NCBI GenBank assembly: GCA_964016885.1
Contig: OZ024741.1
Coordinates: 296,174,001 to 296,238,000, forward strand
DNA length: 64,000 bases
Direction: 5' to 3'
DNA from: Eledone cirrhosa
Lineage: Eukaryota
Numbering within the stretch: the stretch's first letter is position 1; each line of letters opens with the position of its first letter. Under the pieces are notes generated by a model. That model made no database searches. It was not told where the DNA came from and saw only the letters and a list, made by a program, of their open reading frames with translations. Shown piece by piece: positions 38,047 to 49,901 of the stretch. A program made the position numbers and the translations under genes.

Positions 38047-39982
38047 CCAACAACTTCCAGGCGTCTAACAATGGCATACTACCCTTGTATGGGTTCCGCA
38101 AAGACCACAAGACAGTCGACGACCCGACAACAGGACCACCAACAAGACCCGTATGCGGAGCTAATATAGCTAGTAACTACAGGATCTCCTACTTCCTCTC
38201 AATGGTTATACGCCCCATAATCAAGATGTCCCCGGATGTATGTGACAGTACAGAGTACCTCCTCAGCAGAATCAGTGAGTGCAACAAAAACAGGAACCTA
38301 TCCAACTGCATAATAGGCAGCATGGATGTTGTGTCACTGTACCCATCCATTAACATTGATTTTGCTGTGAAAAAATGTGTGGAGATGATCATTGAGAGTG
38401 AGGTGGAGTTCTGCGACGTCGACACAGACGAACTGGGCCTCCTACTTAGACTTACCTACGACACTGACTACCTAGACAGCCATGACCTTAGACGTTTCTG
38501 CCCTAGTAGACCCATAAGAGGTAGACCCCCCACCATAACCTCAATGGCAAAAAAGACTCCCATGGGTGGACCAAAGCTATACGGACCCCCCAAAACAATG
38601 ATCAGGTAAGAAAAATGGTCGCACATGCAATAGGAGCTAGTATCAAAACTACCCTCAAGGGCCACATATTTAAGTTCAACGAGAAGATCTACACCCAAAA
38701 TGAAGGAGCAGCCATTGGCGTCAGCATAGCTGATGATGTTGCCAACCTTTTCATGGTTTGGTGGGAAAGGAGACTTAAATATCTCCTTAATGAGAGCTCC
38801 ATAGACCTCATCATGTACTCTCGTTATGTAGACGATATCAATATAGTTATAAGAACATCCCCACTAGAGAGCACTAACAAGTTTGATTTAGAACGTAGCA
38901 CAATGGAAAGCATCCAGCAGATAGCTAATTCCATACACCAGAGTATAACTGTAACTATCGACTTCCCTTCCAAACACCCTAACAATAGACTACCTGTATT
39001 AGACACAGAACTCTGGATTAACACTATAGACGAGAGAGCCCAAATTCTCCACTCACACTATGCTAAACCCATGGCCTCCAAATACCTGATACTCAAAAAC
39101 TCAGCAATGTCCAGTAGTGCTAAGTTTAATATTCTGATCGCAGATTTGGTACGAGTGATGAAGAATGTGTCCCGCATGTGCGATCCAACAGAAATGGAAA
39201 GACACATCCAACACTTCATCAACCGCATGCAGTTCTCTGGCTACAACCAAAGAGACAGAGTCAGAGTATACGAAGGAGCCATGGAGAAGTATAAGACCCT
39301 CATAGAACTGGACATGAAAGGAATTTGCCCATTATACAGGAGCAAATCATGGAATAGCTTAGATAGGGCTAGACATAAGATAGGGAAAGCCACCTCATGG
39401 TACGACAACCAGAGATACCAGAGTGTCATGTTTGTGGACGCTACCCCTGGAGGGAAATTAGCTAACCAGTGTAGAAAGGCCCTGAGAAAGACCCACTTAA
39501 AAATTAAGGTGGTAGAAAAGCCAGGAACCACCATAAAATCCCTGATCAGCAAAACCTACCCTTTTAAGAAAACCCACTGTACCAATAGGAAGTGTATCAT
39601 ATGTAAGGTAGAGCCCCGGATAAACTGTAAAACTAGAAACGTAGTCTATAGCATAAGATGTACAGAGGGTACCTGCAGAAACATGACAACAACATACATA
39701 GGTGAGACAGCTCGTAGCATAGGTGAAAGGATAGACCAACATTGGGGGGAACTAAAAGGACGAAAAAACGGGTCAGTACTATACGAACATGCCAGACAAC
39801 AACATGACGGTAACATAGACAACATAGAAATTAGAATAATATCTAAACATAGAAATGACCCAGCAGATAGGCAAATCAGAGAGGCCAGTGAAATAGAACT
39901 TAGAAGACCAAGACTAAACAGAAAGAATGAATGGAATAACAACAACACCCAAACAAACAACACTGACCTAAGAGAAGTATAA
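38047..39982 (+). pseudogene. PLE reverse transcriptase + C-terminal GIY-YIG endonuclease (5'-truncated, one frameshift near 38545-38615)
   Basis: RT motifs: PLYGFRKDHK, RPVCG, MDVVSLYPSI, QNEGAAIG, YSRYVDD, LPVLD. Linker CTNRKCIIC...NC. GIY-YIG motifs: NVVYSIRC...YIGETARSIGERIDQH...REASEI...PRLN. Confidence 0.93.
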
Positions 39983-40256
39983 ATAAGTAAATAAAATAAA
40001 ATAAAATAAATAAATAAATAAATAAATAAATAAATACATACACAAGCACAATAACAACAAACACATAAACACACATTAGTCACCCAATCACGAACACACA
40101 TCACACATCAAACAAAACACTATACACACACGCAAACGCATGCGCAAAGAAGACAAAATAAAATAAACAAACAAGCAAATAAATAAATAAATATATAGAC
40201 AGACTGAATAAAAATGGCGTAGCCATACAATTCAACAGGAGGAAACAATAGCACCA

Positions 40257-40296
40257 CTGACGATGTTGCAGATGTGCAACGAAAGATTTATGATAA
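40257..40296 (+). ncRNA. HHR-like core in the PLE pLTR (inverted copy about 37056-37095)
   Basis: CTGACGA-t-GTTGCA gatg TGCAAC-GAAA followed by a bulged stem III ending in CUA. The stem I partner is not adjacent, so the fold is incomplete. Confidence 0.45.
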
Positions 40297-40568
40297 ACTA
40301 TATATATGTGTTTGTGTCTATATTGTATCTGTATTATTTTTGACCGTTGGTCAGTCAATGGCAACATTGAGGACCGAATAAATTAAATTACCGATATAAA
40401 AGACACAGAAGCGAAAAGCGAAAACCAACCGAACAGTGAGTGTGTTCTGTTCTTAATTCTGGCAATATTACACAAATATGACCCTCCCCAAGTATAACAA
40501 TATTTGTTTCGACACACGATTTCATATAAAAAACCTCGCAAAACTAAATCACCGCCGTTATATATATA

Positions 40569-40655
<87 letters not shown>

Positions 40656-41136
40656 GAAACATAGCTTTTTTTTTTAGAGTTTGGTGATAAAAGAAAGAAA
40701 ATATAGATTGCACTCCCAAAAGGCTTAAAGGACTCAATGCTATAATAAAAGAGCAAAGAAGTATTATAATGACACAGTAACTCATGACAATGTACTAGCG
40801 GTGGCGGGGAGGGGTGGGTAGGCTCCGTCAAATTGAATAATATCATCAAAATTCTTCTCCAGTCACCACAGACCCATTCACCCACCCACCCACACACATA
40901 TAAGGGGTGATTATCTGCCCTGTATTACCGATTTTGGGGGGTCAATTATACACTTTGCCTATATGGTTATCTCTAAATTATACTCCACACAGGAGATATA
41001 CGGTTATCTTCAATGAATCGTGAGAGGACTTTAAGTTGTAGATGAGGAGGGGAGTAGTTAAAATGTTTGTCTTATCACTTCACACACAGAATTAGGACGG
41101 GCCAAGTAGACATAGATTAAACATGAAGAGCAACAC

Positions 41137-41138
<2 letters not shown>

Positions 41139-41194
<56 letters not shown>

Positions 41195-41202
41195 AGTGGA
41201 GA

Positions 41203-41253
<51 letters not shown>

Positions 41254-41300
41254 GGGTAGTAGTGGTGGTGGAGATAGTAGTAGTAGTAATAGTGGTGTTG

Positions 41301-41352
<52 letters not shown>

Positions 41353-41411
41353 AGATAGTAGTAGTAGTAGTAGTGTTGGTGGAGATAGTAGTAGTAGTAA
41401 TAGTGGTGTTG

Positions 41412-41454
<43 letters not shown>

Positions 41455-41531
41455 TGGAGATAGTAGTAGTAGTAGTAGTGGGGGTAGTAGTGGTGGTGGA
41501 GATAGTAGTAGTAGTAATAGTGGTGTTGGTG

Positions 41532-41577
<46 letters not shown>

Positions 41578-42017
41578 GGCAAGTAGTGGGGGTAGTAGTA
41601 GTAGTAGTAGTGGGGCTAGTAGTGGGGGTAGTAGTAGTAGTAGTAGTAGTAGAGGTGGTGGTGGTGGTGGTGGTGGTGGTGGTGGTGGTGGTGGTGGTAG
41701 TAGTAGTAGTAGTGGGGATAGTAGTGGGGGTAGTAGTAGTAGTAGTAGCAGTAATAGTAATAGTAGTAGTAATAGTGGTGGTGGTGGTGATAGTAGCAGT
41801 AGTAGTAGTAGTAGTAGTGGTGGTGGTGGTGGTGGTGGTGGTGGGGAGTACTATTGGTGCTGGTGCTGGGAGTGGTGCTTGTTCAGGTGGTGCTGGTGCT
41901 GGTAGTGGTGCTGGTGATAGTGGTGCTTGTTCAGGTGGTGCTGGTGCTGGTAGTGGTGCTGGTGATAGTGGTGCTGGTGGTGGTGCTGGTGGTAGTGGCG
42001 CTGGTGGTAGTACTAGT
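41139..42017. repeat. Compound (AGT/GGT/GCT)n microsatellite
   Basis: Direct reading. Confidence 0.92.
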
Positions 42018-42049
42018 GTTGACTGAGAAGGAAAAATCGATTAAATTTG

Positions 42050-42150
42050 CCCGGTGTTTGACTAGTATTTTATTTATATTGACCTCCGGAAGAATGAAAA
42101 GAAAAGTTGACCTCAGAACGTAAACAACAGGAACAAATACAGCAAGTATT
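42050..42150 (-). mobile_element. Degenerate SINE (family A-related core)
   Basis: actagtattttattt..attgacctccggaagaatgaaaagaaaagttgacctc resembles the family A core. Confidence 0.5.
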
Positions 42151-42159
42151 TTTTAGAGT

Positions 42160-42481
42160 ACAAAACAAAAACAAATGATGTAACAAAAAATCGAAACTAA
42201 AGAAAATTCCCCAATAGAGGGGAGAGTTCCGAGGGTTAACCGTGGAGAAAGCCCACAAAAACCACAGTCAACCTGATCGCCAGGGCAAGTTCCTCTCCCA
42301 GGTGTCCTCCTTCAGAGCATGCACATTTACTCGGGTCATTCTCGCCTCTTTCACCCACATTTCAACAAATTGCTTTGAAGGCAGCACTTCCTTCTCCACC
42401 CTGATTTTCCTCTTCAAGTGAAACCTGAAGAAGTTAATCAAGGGGTCGCCGAAAACAAAAGTTCCCGTCTTCAGCCAATTC
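42160..42481 (-). mobile_element. Tx1/L1-type LINE 3' fragment
   Basis: Minus-strand FFRFHLKRKIRVEKEVL and a 3' UTR similar to 7710-7960. Confidence 0.8.
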
Positions 42482-42483
42482 AA

Positions 42484-43275
42484 ATAATAATAATTTCTTT
42501 ATTAGCCACAAGGGCCGATATATGGGGGACAACACAATAGACAGAGACAGTGGGCGTTTTACAAAAAAAATCGAGTAAACAATATAAAAACAATAACAAT
42601 AAGCAATATGATTATAACAATACAAATTCCCCAACCGGGGGACTCAGGAACCTTACCAATCCTGAACCACCCGACACTCCGAGAGCACCCGAGGAGGGTG
42701 CTCCTCTCCTCTCCAAGTCAGCCAACTTGCAGGCGGATGGTAAGTGTAGGCCCATTCACACAGGCCATCCTCTCCATATTCACCCACCTTTTAGCAAAGT
42801 GAAACTTGAAAAAGTTGATGAGAGATTGGCCGAACGAAGAAAAACATATTCCGTCTTCAGTCGTTTCAGCCTCGTCCACCACACAACCTTTTTCGCTACA
42901 GCTACTAGGCAGAGGAAAAGTGTCTGCTCTTCTCGACCAAAAGAAGGCGGAGGAGTGATCTTCATGGTGGACTCAGCCGATAGCCGAATCCCACATGCGA
43001 TAACAGCTGTTCGACATAATTCCACAAGTCAGTAATGCATAGACACTGGACGAATGCGTATAGAACGGTTTCGTCGCTCTGCACGATCTTGGACAGGGAT
43101 TTCTGGAAGTTACTCATAGTCCCCTGCTCGAAAGTCCTCCCGAGCAGACTGGTCAGTTCGATTTCGCCGGCACCCAGCACCTCTTAGAAAGCGTCGTCGC
43201 ACTTACTCACTACTAATTGTCTATAGAACTCTAGAGTGGAATTTCCACTGACCGCATTGTCCGCCTGGTAGAGGA
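42484..43275 (-). mobile_element. Tx1/L1-type LINE 3' fragment with (ATT)n tail
   Basis: QSDETVLYAFVQC region and 3' UTR. The minus strand reads ctaataaagaaattattattattt at about 42484-42505. Confidence 0.85.
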
Positions 43276-43710
43276 TAGCACTGCGCAAAGACCTCTTTAG
43301 AATTGATTGTTAGCATTGTGTAGAGAAAAGGGAAAAAATAGAAGAAAAGTTGGACAGAAAATAGCAGATTAGAGAAATGGGTCTAGATATAGTTATGGAA
43401 CAGGAGAGATAGTGAATAAGTACAAAGAGTGTAAAACTTCATTAATATACACGAAGAATGTTTCAGTTCCATCAGTTTCAACTGAAATTATTATTTGTGC
43501 TGCTAGGGTTCCACTTACTCTTCTCGCTTGTCCGGTGCGGGAACCTATTTAGTCGCTGACTACTCGACCATGAAACAGGTTGTATTGGGTTACATGGTAC
43601 TGGTAGCAGGCAGAAGTCTGACCTGACTATTCAGTATTTCTCTAAGAGACAGAAATGATAAGGGATGGCAGAGACTTTTATTAAAGAAAGGAGTATTGAA
43701 GAAAAGTGGA

Positions 43711-43980
43711 AGCGCGTGACCTAGTGGTAACGGTGTTGGACTTACGGTCATATTGTGGTGGGTTCGATTCCTGGACTGGGTTCAATGTTGTGTTTTTGAG
43801 CAAAAAACTTTATTTCAGCTGAAAATGAGTACCAGCAGCAGCTGGGGGTTTAACCCTACGATGGACTGGCGTTCTGTCTAGTGGGGACTTTTGTACTCTC
43901 AGTCAGTTAACACCACGGAAACCGGGATAAGTACCGGCCTGATGAGCCTCCTGGCTCGTGACAGACTTTAGACTTTTAGA
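43711..43980 (+). mobile_element. tRNA-derived SINE family B (V/Meta-domain-like centre)
   Basis: A box tgacctagtgg, B box ggttcgattcc, centre cgatggactggcgttctgtc, and 3' end ggaaaccgggataag..ccggcctgatgagcc with an (agacttt)n tail. Confidence 0.8.
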
Positions 43981-44805
43981 TTGAAGAAAAAGACCGAAGA
44001 ATTAATGTTAGCAGCAGGTGAAGAGGCTCTAATAGTAAACTGGATCAACGGAATGCTGAGTAAACAGGCGGACTATTTTGTTAGATGTAGAATGTATAAT
44101 GGAACAGATGTCACTGTAATTCACAGTTTCAGAATGCTCACAGTTGGCTCAAAATGAGTACTCTCGTGTCTTGAATAATCGACCCTAGCCCACTTATTAA
44201 TTTTGCTAATCTATCTCCGGCGATATTTTATTTTAAGTGGTATCATTCCTACGACAATTAATTTTCTTTAGACATAAAAAAATATTATGCATTACAAAAA
44301 AGTACATTACGAGAAATCTCAATAAAATAAATAGGATGGTTTGGGGTCTCAATATGTAAACTAAACGACGAATTCTGGTTTTAAAAAAAAACAAGGGAGT
44401 AAACCTAGAAAAATTACCGATTTTCCACACCTCCCTCTTATTCCAACTCCCCTGCTTATCCCCCCCCCCCTATTATTTGAGACCCGAGAGTACAAAAAGT
44501 GTAAACACGATAAAATAACTGCACTAGTTCACTGGTATTTATAGTTTTACATGCACTGAAAAAAGCTATGAGCTTTTTTTGTGGAGGTGGTGATGGTGTT
44601 GGTGGTAGGGCGTGGAAGTCTTTGAAATCAAATTCAGGCTTCAACAACAAAATCATTATCATCATCATCATCATCAACAATAACAGCAACAGCAACAACA
44701 ACAAGGTATCTTCATCTTGTTGAGGGAAGATTAGATGAGGCGATCTTTACGCCGGATACGGACCACACACGATTGAATAATTACGATTAATCAGATTGCT
44801 ACTAA

Positions 44806-44966
44806 ACTGAAAATGCGTACCAGCGATAGCTGGGGATTTAACCCTGAAATGGACTGGCGTCCTGTACAGGGGTTAGTTTTGAATTCTCAGTCGCTTCACG
44901 ATACGGAAACCGGGATAAGCCTCGGCCTGATACGCCTCCGGGTTGATATAGACTTTAGACTTTAGA
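44806..44966 (+). mobile_element. SINE family B, 5'-truncated
   Basis: Homologous to 43818-43980, including the agacttt tail. Confidence 0.8.
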
Positions 44967-45250
44967 TTGGATAATATAGTCCAAGATGCAATATGGTTGA
45001 ATAAAAGACATGATGGTCACGGCTGCAATGCATGTGATCACATGGGGTTGTCAGTTCGTGACTGGTCTTGGGCTAGAAAAGAAACAACAGTAATAACTAC
45101 AACAATTACGCCCAACAACAATTACAATAGTAACAGCAACAACTACTACATGACCAATGACATTAAACAAAGAAAAGAAGAGAAAGAAAAGAAAAAAGAG
45201 AGCGAGAAAGAAAGTGAGAGAAAGAAACGATAAGTACCTGTATATATATA

Positions 45251-45892
45251 GGAGGTTGTTTTTCGTTATTTCGTGGGCCGAAATGCGAATCTCGATAATT
45301 TATGTTTGTATTTATCTCCAGACTCTAGCTATTGACCAGTTAATTTTCTTGATTTTTTAGTTGATTCTATTGACTGATGAATAGCTTATGTTAATTTTAA
45401 CCCTTCTGTTGAGAACTCTATTCGATTTGTGATGTTTTTGCATTCTTGCAAAAATATACACAACTGAATTTATTCGCCTGATATAGGGGCTGCCTCCCTT
45501 GCCGACCCCCACGTGGAGTCAGCAATAGTCAGTCCTTGTATTAACATTGAACTAAAACCTGTTGAGAAAGTGGCTTCCTTGTTCAATCATCTTACTAGAA
45601 GCCTGACATTATTTATGTAAGCGGACGGTACTTGATTTAGGAGCCGCAGAAACCCAAATACTGGATTTTACCAACTTTCCAGGGGTCCGGGTAAATTTTC
45701 AATACCCGAATTACTTGATCGTTTTTTTGGCTATGCGAATGATTGTTTTAACCATCGTCTCAGTGTGTTTGGCATTTAACGTTTGTTATAGCTCTGGTTC
45801 ATCTGAACCATTGAGCACTTGCCTCACATCTCGGAGGTTGTTTTTCGTTATTTCGTGGGCCGAAATGCGAATCTCGATAATTTATGTTTGTA
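45251..45892. mobile_element. Unclassified element with about 60-bp terminal direct repeats, inserted in (TA)n
   Basis: ggaggttgtttttcgttatttcgtgggccgaaatgcgaatctcgataatttatgtttgtat occurs at 45251 and 45833 (period 582). Confidence 0.6.
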
Positions 45893-45907
45893 TATATATA
45901 TATATAT

Positions 45908-46058
45908 ATGAAAAGTTTCAGGACCCCGACGGTTGAGCTCCGGTCGTTTCGACCGCCGTCGGGGTCCTGAATCTTTTCATATTACCCACTCTACTACCCA
46001 AGTATCGAGTACTCTGGTGGGCTATGGTCCACCTGGTATTTTACCACACCCTATCTGA
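45908..46058 (+). mobile_element. Short fold-back element, family H (copy 2)
   Basis: Hairpin atgaaaagtttcaggaccccgacgg...ccgtcggggtcctgaatcttttcat plus the shared tail; (TA)n flanks. Confidence 0.65.
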
Positions 46059-46231
46059 TATATATAAATATATATATATATAGTGCAAAATTGGACGGGA
46101 ACGAAAACAGAGAGGCAGACAAATAAAGGTTTATTAGGTTCACGCTCTTGAGAGTGTGTGTGTGTGGGGGGGGGTTATATATATATATATACGATATTAA
46201 CAAATGGAAACTATATTTATAAAACCATATT

Positions 46232-46296
46232 TATTTCATTATGCATATTTCAAGGACACCAAGTTAAATTATGGTGTGCTTTCATCAGATAAAATA
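46232..46296 (-). ncRNA. Type I HHR motif in a PLE-like remnant
   Basis: Minus strand reads TATTTTAT-CTGATGA-AAGcACACCA...TGGTGTcCTT-GAAA-TATGCA-TA-ATGAAATA. Its flank aatggaaactatatttataaaaccat is shared with 60820 and 63613. Confidence 0.65.
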
Positions 46297-46421
46297 TAAT
46301 ATAGATCAGTTTTATAAATAAATATTGACATACCCTTAAAAAATGCAACCATTTGTTGTGTGCTTTATATCAGTTATAAAAATATTTGCTTGTTGTATCC
46401 CAACAATTTAAATAGAACTTT

Positions 46422-46480
<59 letters not shown>

Positions 46481-46688
46481 CTTCTCATTCATATATATAT
46501 ATGTACCCACGCGTCCCCTTTATTTACGTGTCCCAACGACTTTTTTTAGCCGTTGTTCGCACCAACCGGAGGTATATGGTCTTTAAAGCGATGAAATGCC
46601 TATGATGGTTGGAAGATCACTGATGAAGGACAAACTTTTTTCATATGTAACCCATTTGCAACGCCGCAGCTCCATTATTTTCATATAT

Positions 46689-46724
<36 letters not shown>

Positions 46725-47005
46725 ACATACATACATATATATATTGTGTAATTTTTCTGAACACTGCAGTTTCAATATCTGTAGTTGTGAAGTATATTGC
46801 ACTGAAACAGATTTCGTCCAAAAGAAAGATACTTATCGTATCTGTACCAAAACACAGCCACTGCAATTGCTATTAACTAACATGTGTGTACTCTGAAAAA
46901 CGGGATGCAGTTTCACTATTACAATCTTATAGATTCATTGAGTGGGTGAGCCATGGCCGAGGATCGATGGATTACTATCAACGATTTTCGTAAACCTTTT
47001 ATATA

Positions 47006-47094
<89 letters not shown>

Positions 47095-47532
47095 GCGTGT
47101 GTGTGATTACACACATGCCTATATATACAACCACACACACACACACGTGTACATTCATATACATGTATGGAAAGATATATATATAGAGAGAGAGATATAT
47201 AGATAGAGAGGGAGAGAGAGAGAAAGAGAGAGTGAGAGAGAGAGAGAGAGTGTGTGTGAGAGAGAGAGAGAAAGAGATAGCTATCTAGATAGATAGAGAG
47301 AGAAGGGGGGGGGGGTTTAGACATATTGACAGTGTGATATTGTTGAACCGGAAATGGAGAGATGTGGAGGAGAATTAACCGGATATGTTTATCAAAACAA
47401 CTTAACCTAGTAAATCTTATTGAATACGTTGTTTTGAGTGTGATAAGGCGGTTCGTTTGACAGGATATCGTGCTTGACCTCACACTAGATCACTCACCCA
47501 CCCCACTTCCTTCTTCACCCTCTTTCTATTCA

Positions 47533-47716
47533 GACGTCCCTTGCGGCATTTGATACGGTTCTTTACATTGTGAGTTCAAATCCCGCAGAGATCAACTTTG
47601 CTTCTCATCATTCCAAGATCGATAAAATGAAGTACCAGTCATATAGCAAGGTCGGTTTAATTGACATTATCCTCTACCCAACACCAATTGCTGACTTTGT
47701 GTCTAAATTAGAAACC
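47533..47716 (+). mobile_element. SINE family A-related copy
   Basis: gagttcaaatcccgc..tcaactttgcttctcatc..gatcgataaaatgaagtaccag...aaattagaaac. Confidence 0.7.
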
Positions 47717-47959
47717 GAGTGCAATCATTAGTAATCGGGAGGGGGGTCTGAAGTGTGCGATGAGAGTAGCAGACCTGTCAACTCTCCCCGTCCGACGGGA
47801 AGATCTCCCACCAGCTTTGGAGTGAGTGAGAGATGTCTTCTATTGTGAAAATGGGTATAGCTTTCATCATGTAAAATCTCCTTATTTTGCCTCATTTCTC
47901 CCTGTTTGGGTTTTTAGAAGTTGACAGGTTTGGAGCAAAGTCGATAAGGTTCAGTTAAG

Positions 47960-49544
47960 AAGTTGGGGTACAGCAGGGCGATCCTTTGGGACCCCTGCTG
48001 TTCACTCTTGGTATTGACCACATCGACCGGAGTATCACGGCCCCTCTCAACGTCTGGTATCTGGATGATGCTACATTGGGCGGGCCCGTACGGACGGTCT
48101 GCCATCGGTGGTTCCTGCCCTGGCGGGAATCGGCCTCCAGGTCAACTCGGCCAAGTCGGAGGTGGTGAATGTCAGCCTCGATGCTGCGAGCTTTGCAGCC
48201 TCCATCTTGGACGTGCGGTCCATTCTCCGCCAGGTTCAGGTAACCCCCAAAGAGGATGTCCTCATCCTCGGGTCACCGATCCACCCGCCGGCCATCCGTT
48301 CCACCATCAGGTCCAGGCTTCAACAGCTCCAGACTCTCACAAGCCGACGGCTTGATTGACGGCCACCCAGCTCTCTTTCTGCTGAGGAACTGCTTCGCCA
48401 TGCCGAAGCCCCTCGATACACTCCGAAGCGCTCCATGCTACACCCAGACATCTCTCCTCGCTGACCTCGATACTTGTATCCGAGCAGTAGCCGAAGGGAT
48501 ATGCAACGTCAAGTTTGTCGACATAGGGTGGGAACAAGCCACTTTACCTGACAGGTATGGCGGCCTTGGCTTCCAGTCCCCATTCTCACTAGCTTTGCCG
48601 GCGTATCTTTCGTCGGTAACCTCGTGCCGCGTTCTCGTCAGCAGGGTTCTTCAAAATCCAACAGAACTCTCTGTGTTCAGAGAACGTGAGGCCGCCTGTG
48701 AGACGTGGGACCGGCTGGGACTTAGCCCAGTAGACGTACCTCCTCCTTCTCCCCAACGCACTTGGGATGCCATCCAGTGCAGCCTGACCTCAGACAGGCT
48801 CACGCGCCAGCTCGACCAGCACCACCTTGCTTGTTTTCGTGCGGCCTCCAAACCCCACAGTGGTGCCTGGCTCCATGCCCTGCCCTCCTTCTCCTCTGGC
48901 TCGCAGCTAGACAACCATAGCCTGCACATCGGCGTTTCCCTGAGGCTCGGCCTCCGGATCTGCCAACCACACCAATGTCGCTCCGGTTCCACCGTGGACT
49001 CTTTCGGCCTCCATCCGCTTTCCTGTCGCCACAGTGCCGGCCGCATTCCACGCCATGTTGCCCTCAACGAGGTCATTAAGCGTGGCTTGGACGCTGCAGG
49101 CTTCCCTTCCCAGCTCGAGTCGGTGGGGATGGATCGAGGGGACGACAAAAGGCCAGATAGCATGACCATCTTCCCGTTCCGCGGTGGCAAACCCCTCGTC
49201 TGGGATGCCACTTGCACCGACACTTTCTGCAGCCGCAACCTGGTGCAGTCTGCGACTGACCCAGGTTCTGCTGCACGTCGGGCTGAGGGGCCAAACTCCT
49301 TAAATACCGATCGCTCTCCGACAGGTTTGCGGTCGTACCCCTGGCAGTGGAGACTTCTGGTGTCCTCGGCCACAGGGCTACCTCCTTACTCACCACTATA
49401 GGTGCTGAGCTGGCCAGCCGCAGGTGTGAGCCCCGCGAGTTGGAGTGGCTCTTCCAGCGCGTCTCCCTCGCCGTCCTTCGGGGAAACGCCTTCTCCAGTC
49501 TGCCCGCCGGGGCTGTGGGTGGGCCCCATCGCGTACCGTTGTAG
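47960..49544 (+). mobile_element. CRE-clade (RLE-encoding) non-LTR retrotransposon, 5'-truncated and frameshifted
   Basis: GVQQGDPLGPLLF, WYLDD, GLQVNSAKS, QATLP.RYGGLG and SGAWLHALP; a degenerate Cys/His knuckle (H.LSC); RH..LNE, RPD, WDATCTD, ETSG and QRVSLAVLRGNA. Confidence 0.9.
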
Positions 49545-49589
49545 TTGTTGTAGATAACTAGGGAGTAGAAGACAATATATACTGGACAT

Positions 49590-49746
49590 TGTTATTGAGA
49601 AAAATAGGCTAGAGGAAGAGCTAGTAAATAAATTAGAAGAAGCAATTGGAAAAGGCATCATTACCGGCTTGCTTAGCGATGGAAATGGCCCACGATCATT
49701 TCTTCAACGCGAAACAAGAAGGATGCGTTGTCAGAGCTAAGGCGTT
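49590..49746 (+). mobile_element. Internal fragment of the Tx1/L1-type LINE
   Basis: gaaaaataggctagaggaagagctagtaaataaattagaagaagc...catttcttcaacgcgaaacaagaaggatgcgttgtcagagct is homologous to 11100-11250. Confidence 0.7.
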
Positions 49747-49834
49747 GTCAGCAGCGATGCCGGTTGTCACGGTTAGTCGTAAGAACTGAGAGATAAAGAT
49801 AGATAGAGAGGAGAGAGAGAGAGAGAGAGTGCGT

Positions 49835-49901
<67 letters not shown>

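Larger units (their letters stand above)
36850..40558 (+). mobile_element. Penelope-like element, 5'-truncated, with an inverted 3' duplication (36850-38046 = reverse complement of 39301-40502) and a 3' tail, inserted in (TA)n
   Basis: RT and GIY-YIG ORF, near-identical 1.2 kb inverted arms, a tail at 40503-40558 present only on the direct copy, and (TA)n at both ends. Confidence 0.95.

Noticed and set aside
43915-43965. GAAAC...CTGATGAG in the SINE B tail as a hammerhead
   Set aside because: The stems do not close a valid core (no NUH site in register), and the second copy reads ctgatacg.
45485-45535. Possible HDV-like ribozyme (TCCACGT loop)
   Set aside because: No nested double pseudoknot can be built; it is a simple hairpin.
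46755-46995. Unique-looking stretches as host exons (also 700-1110 and 62840-63000)
   Set aside because: No recognisable protein motif or convincing splice pair; RNA-seq would be needed.
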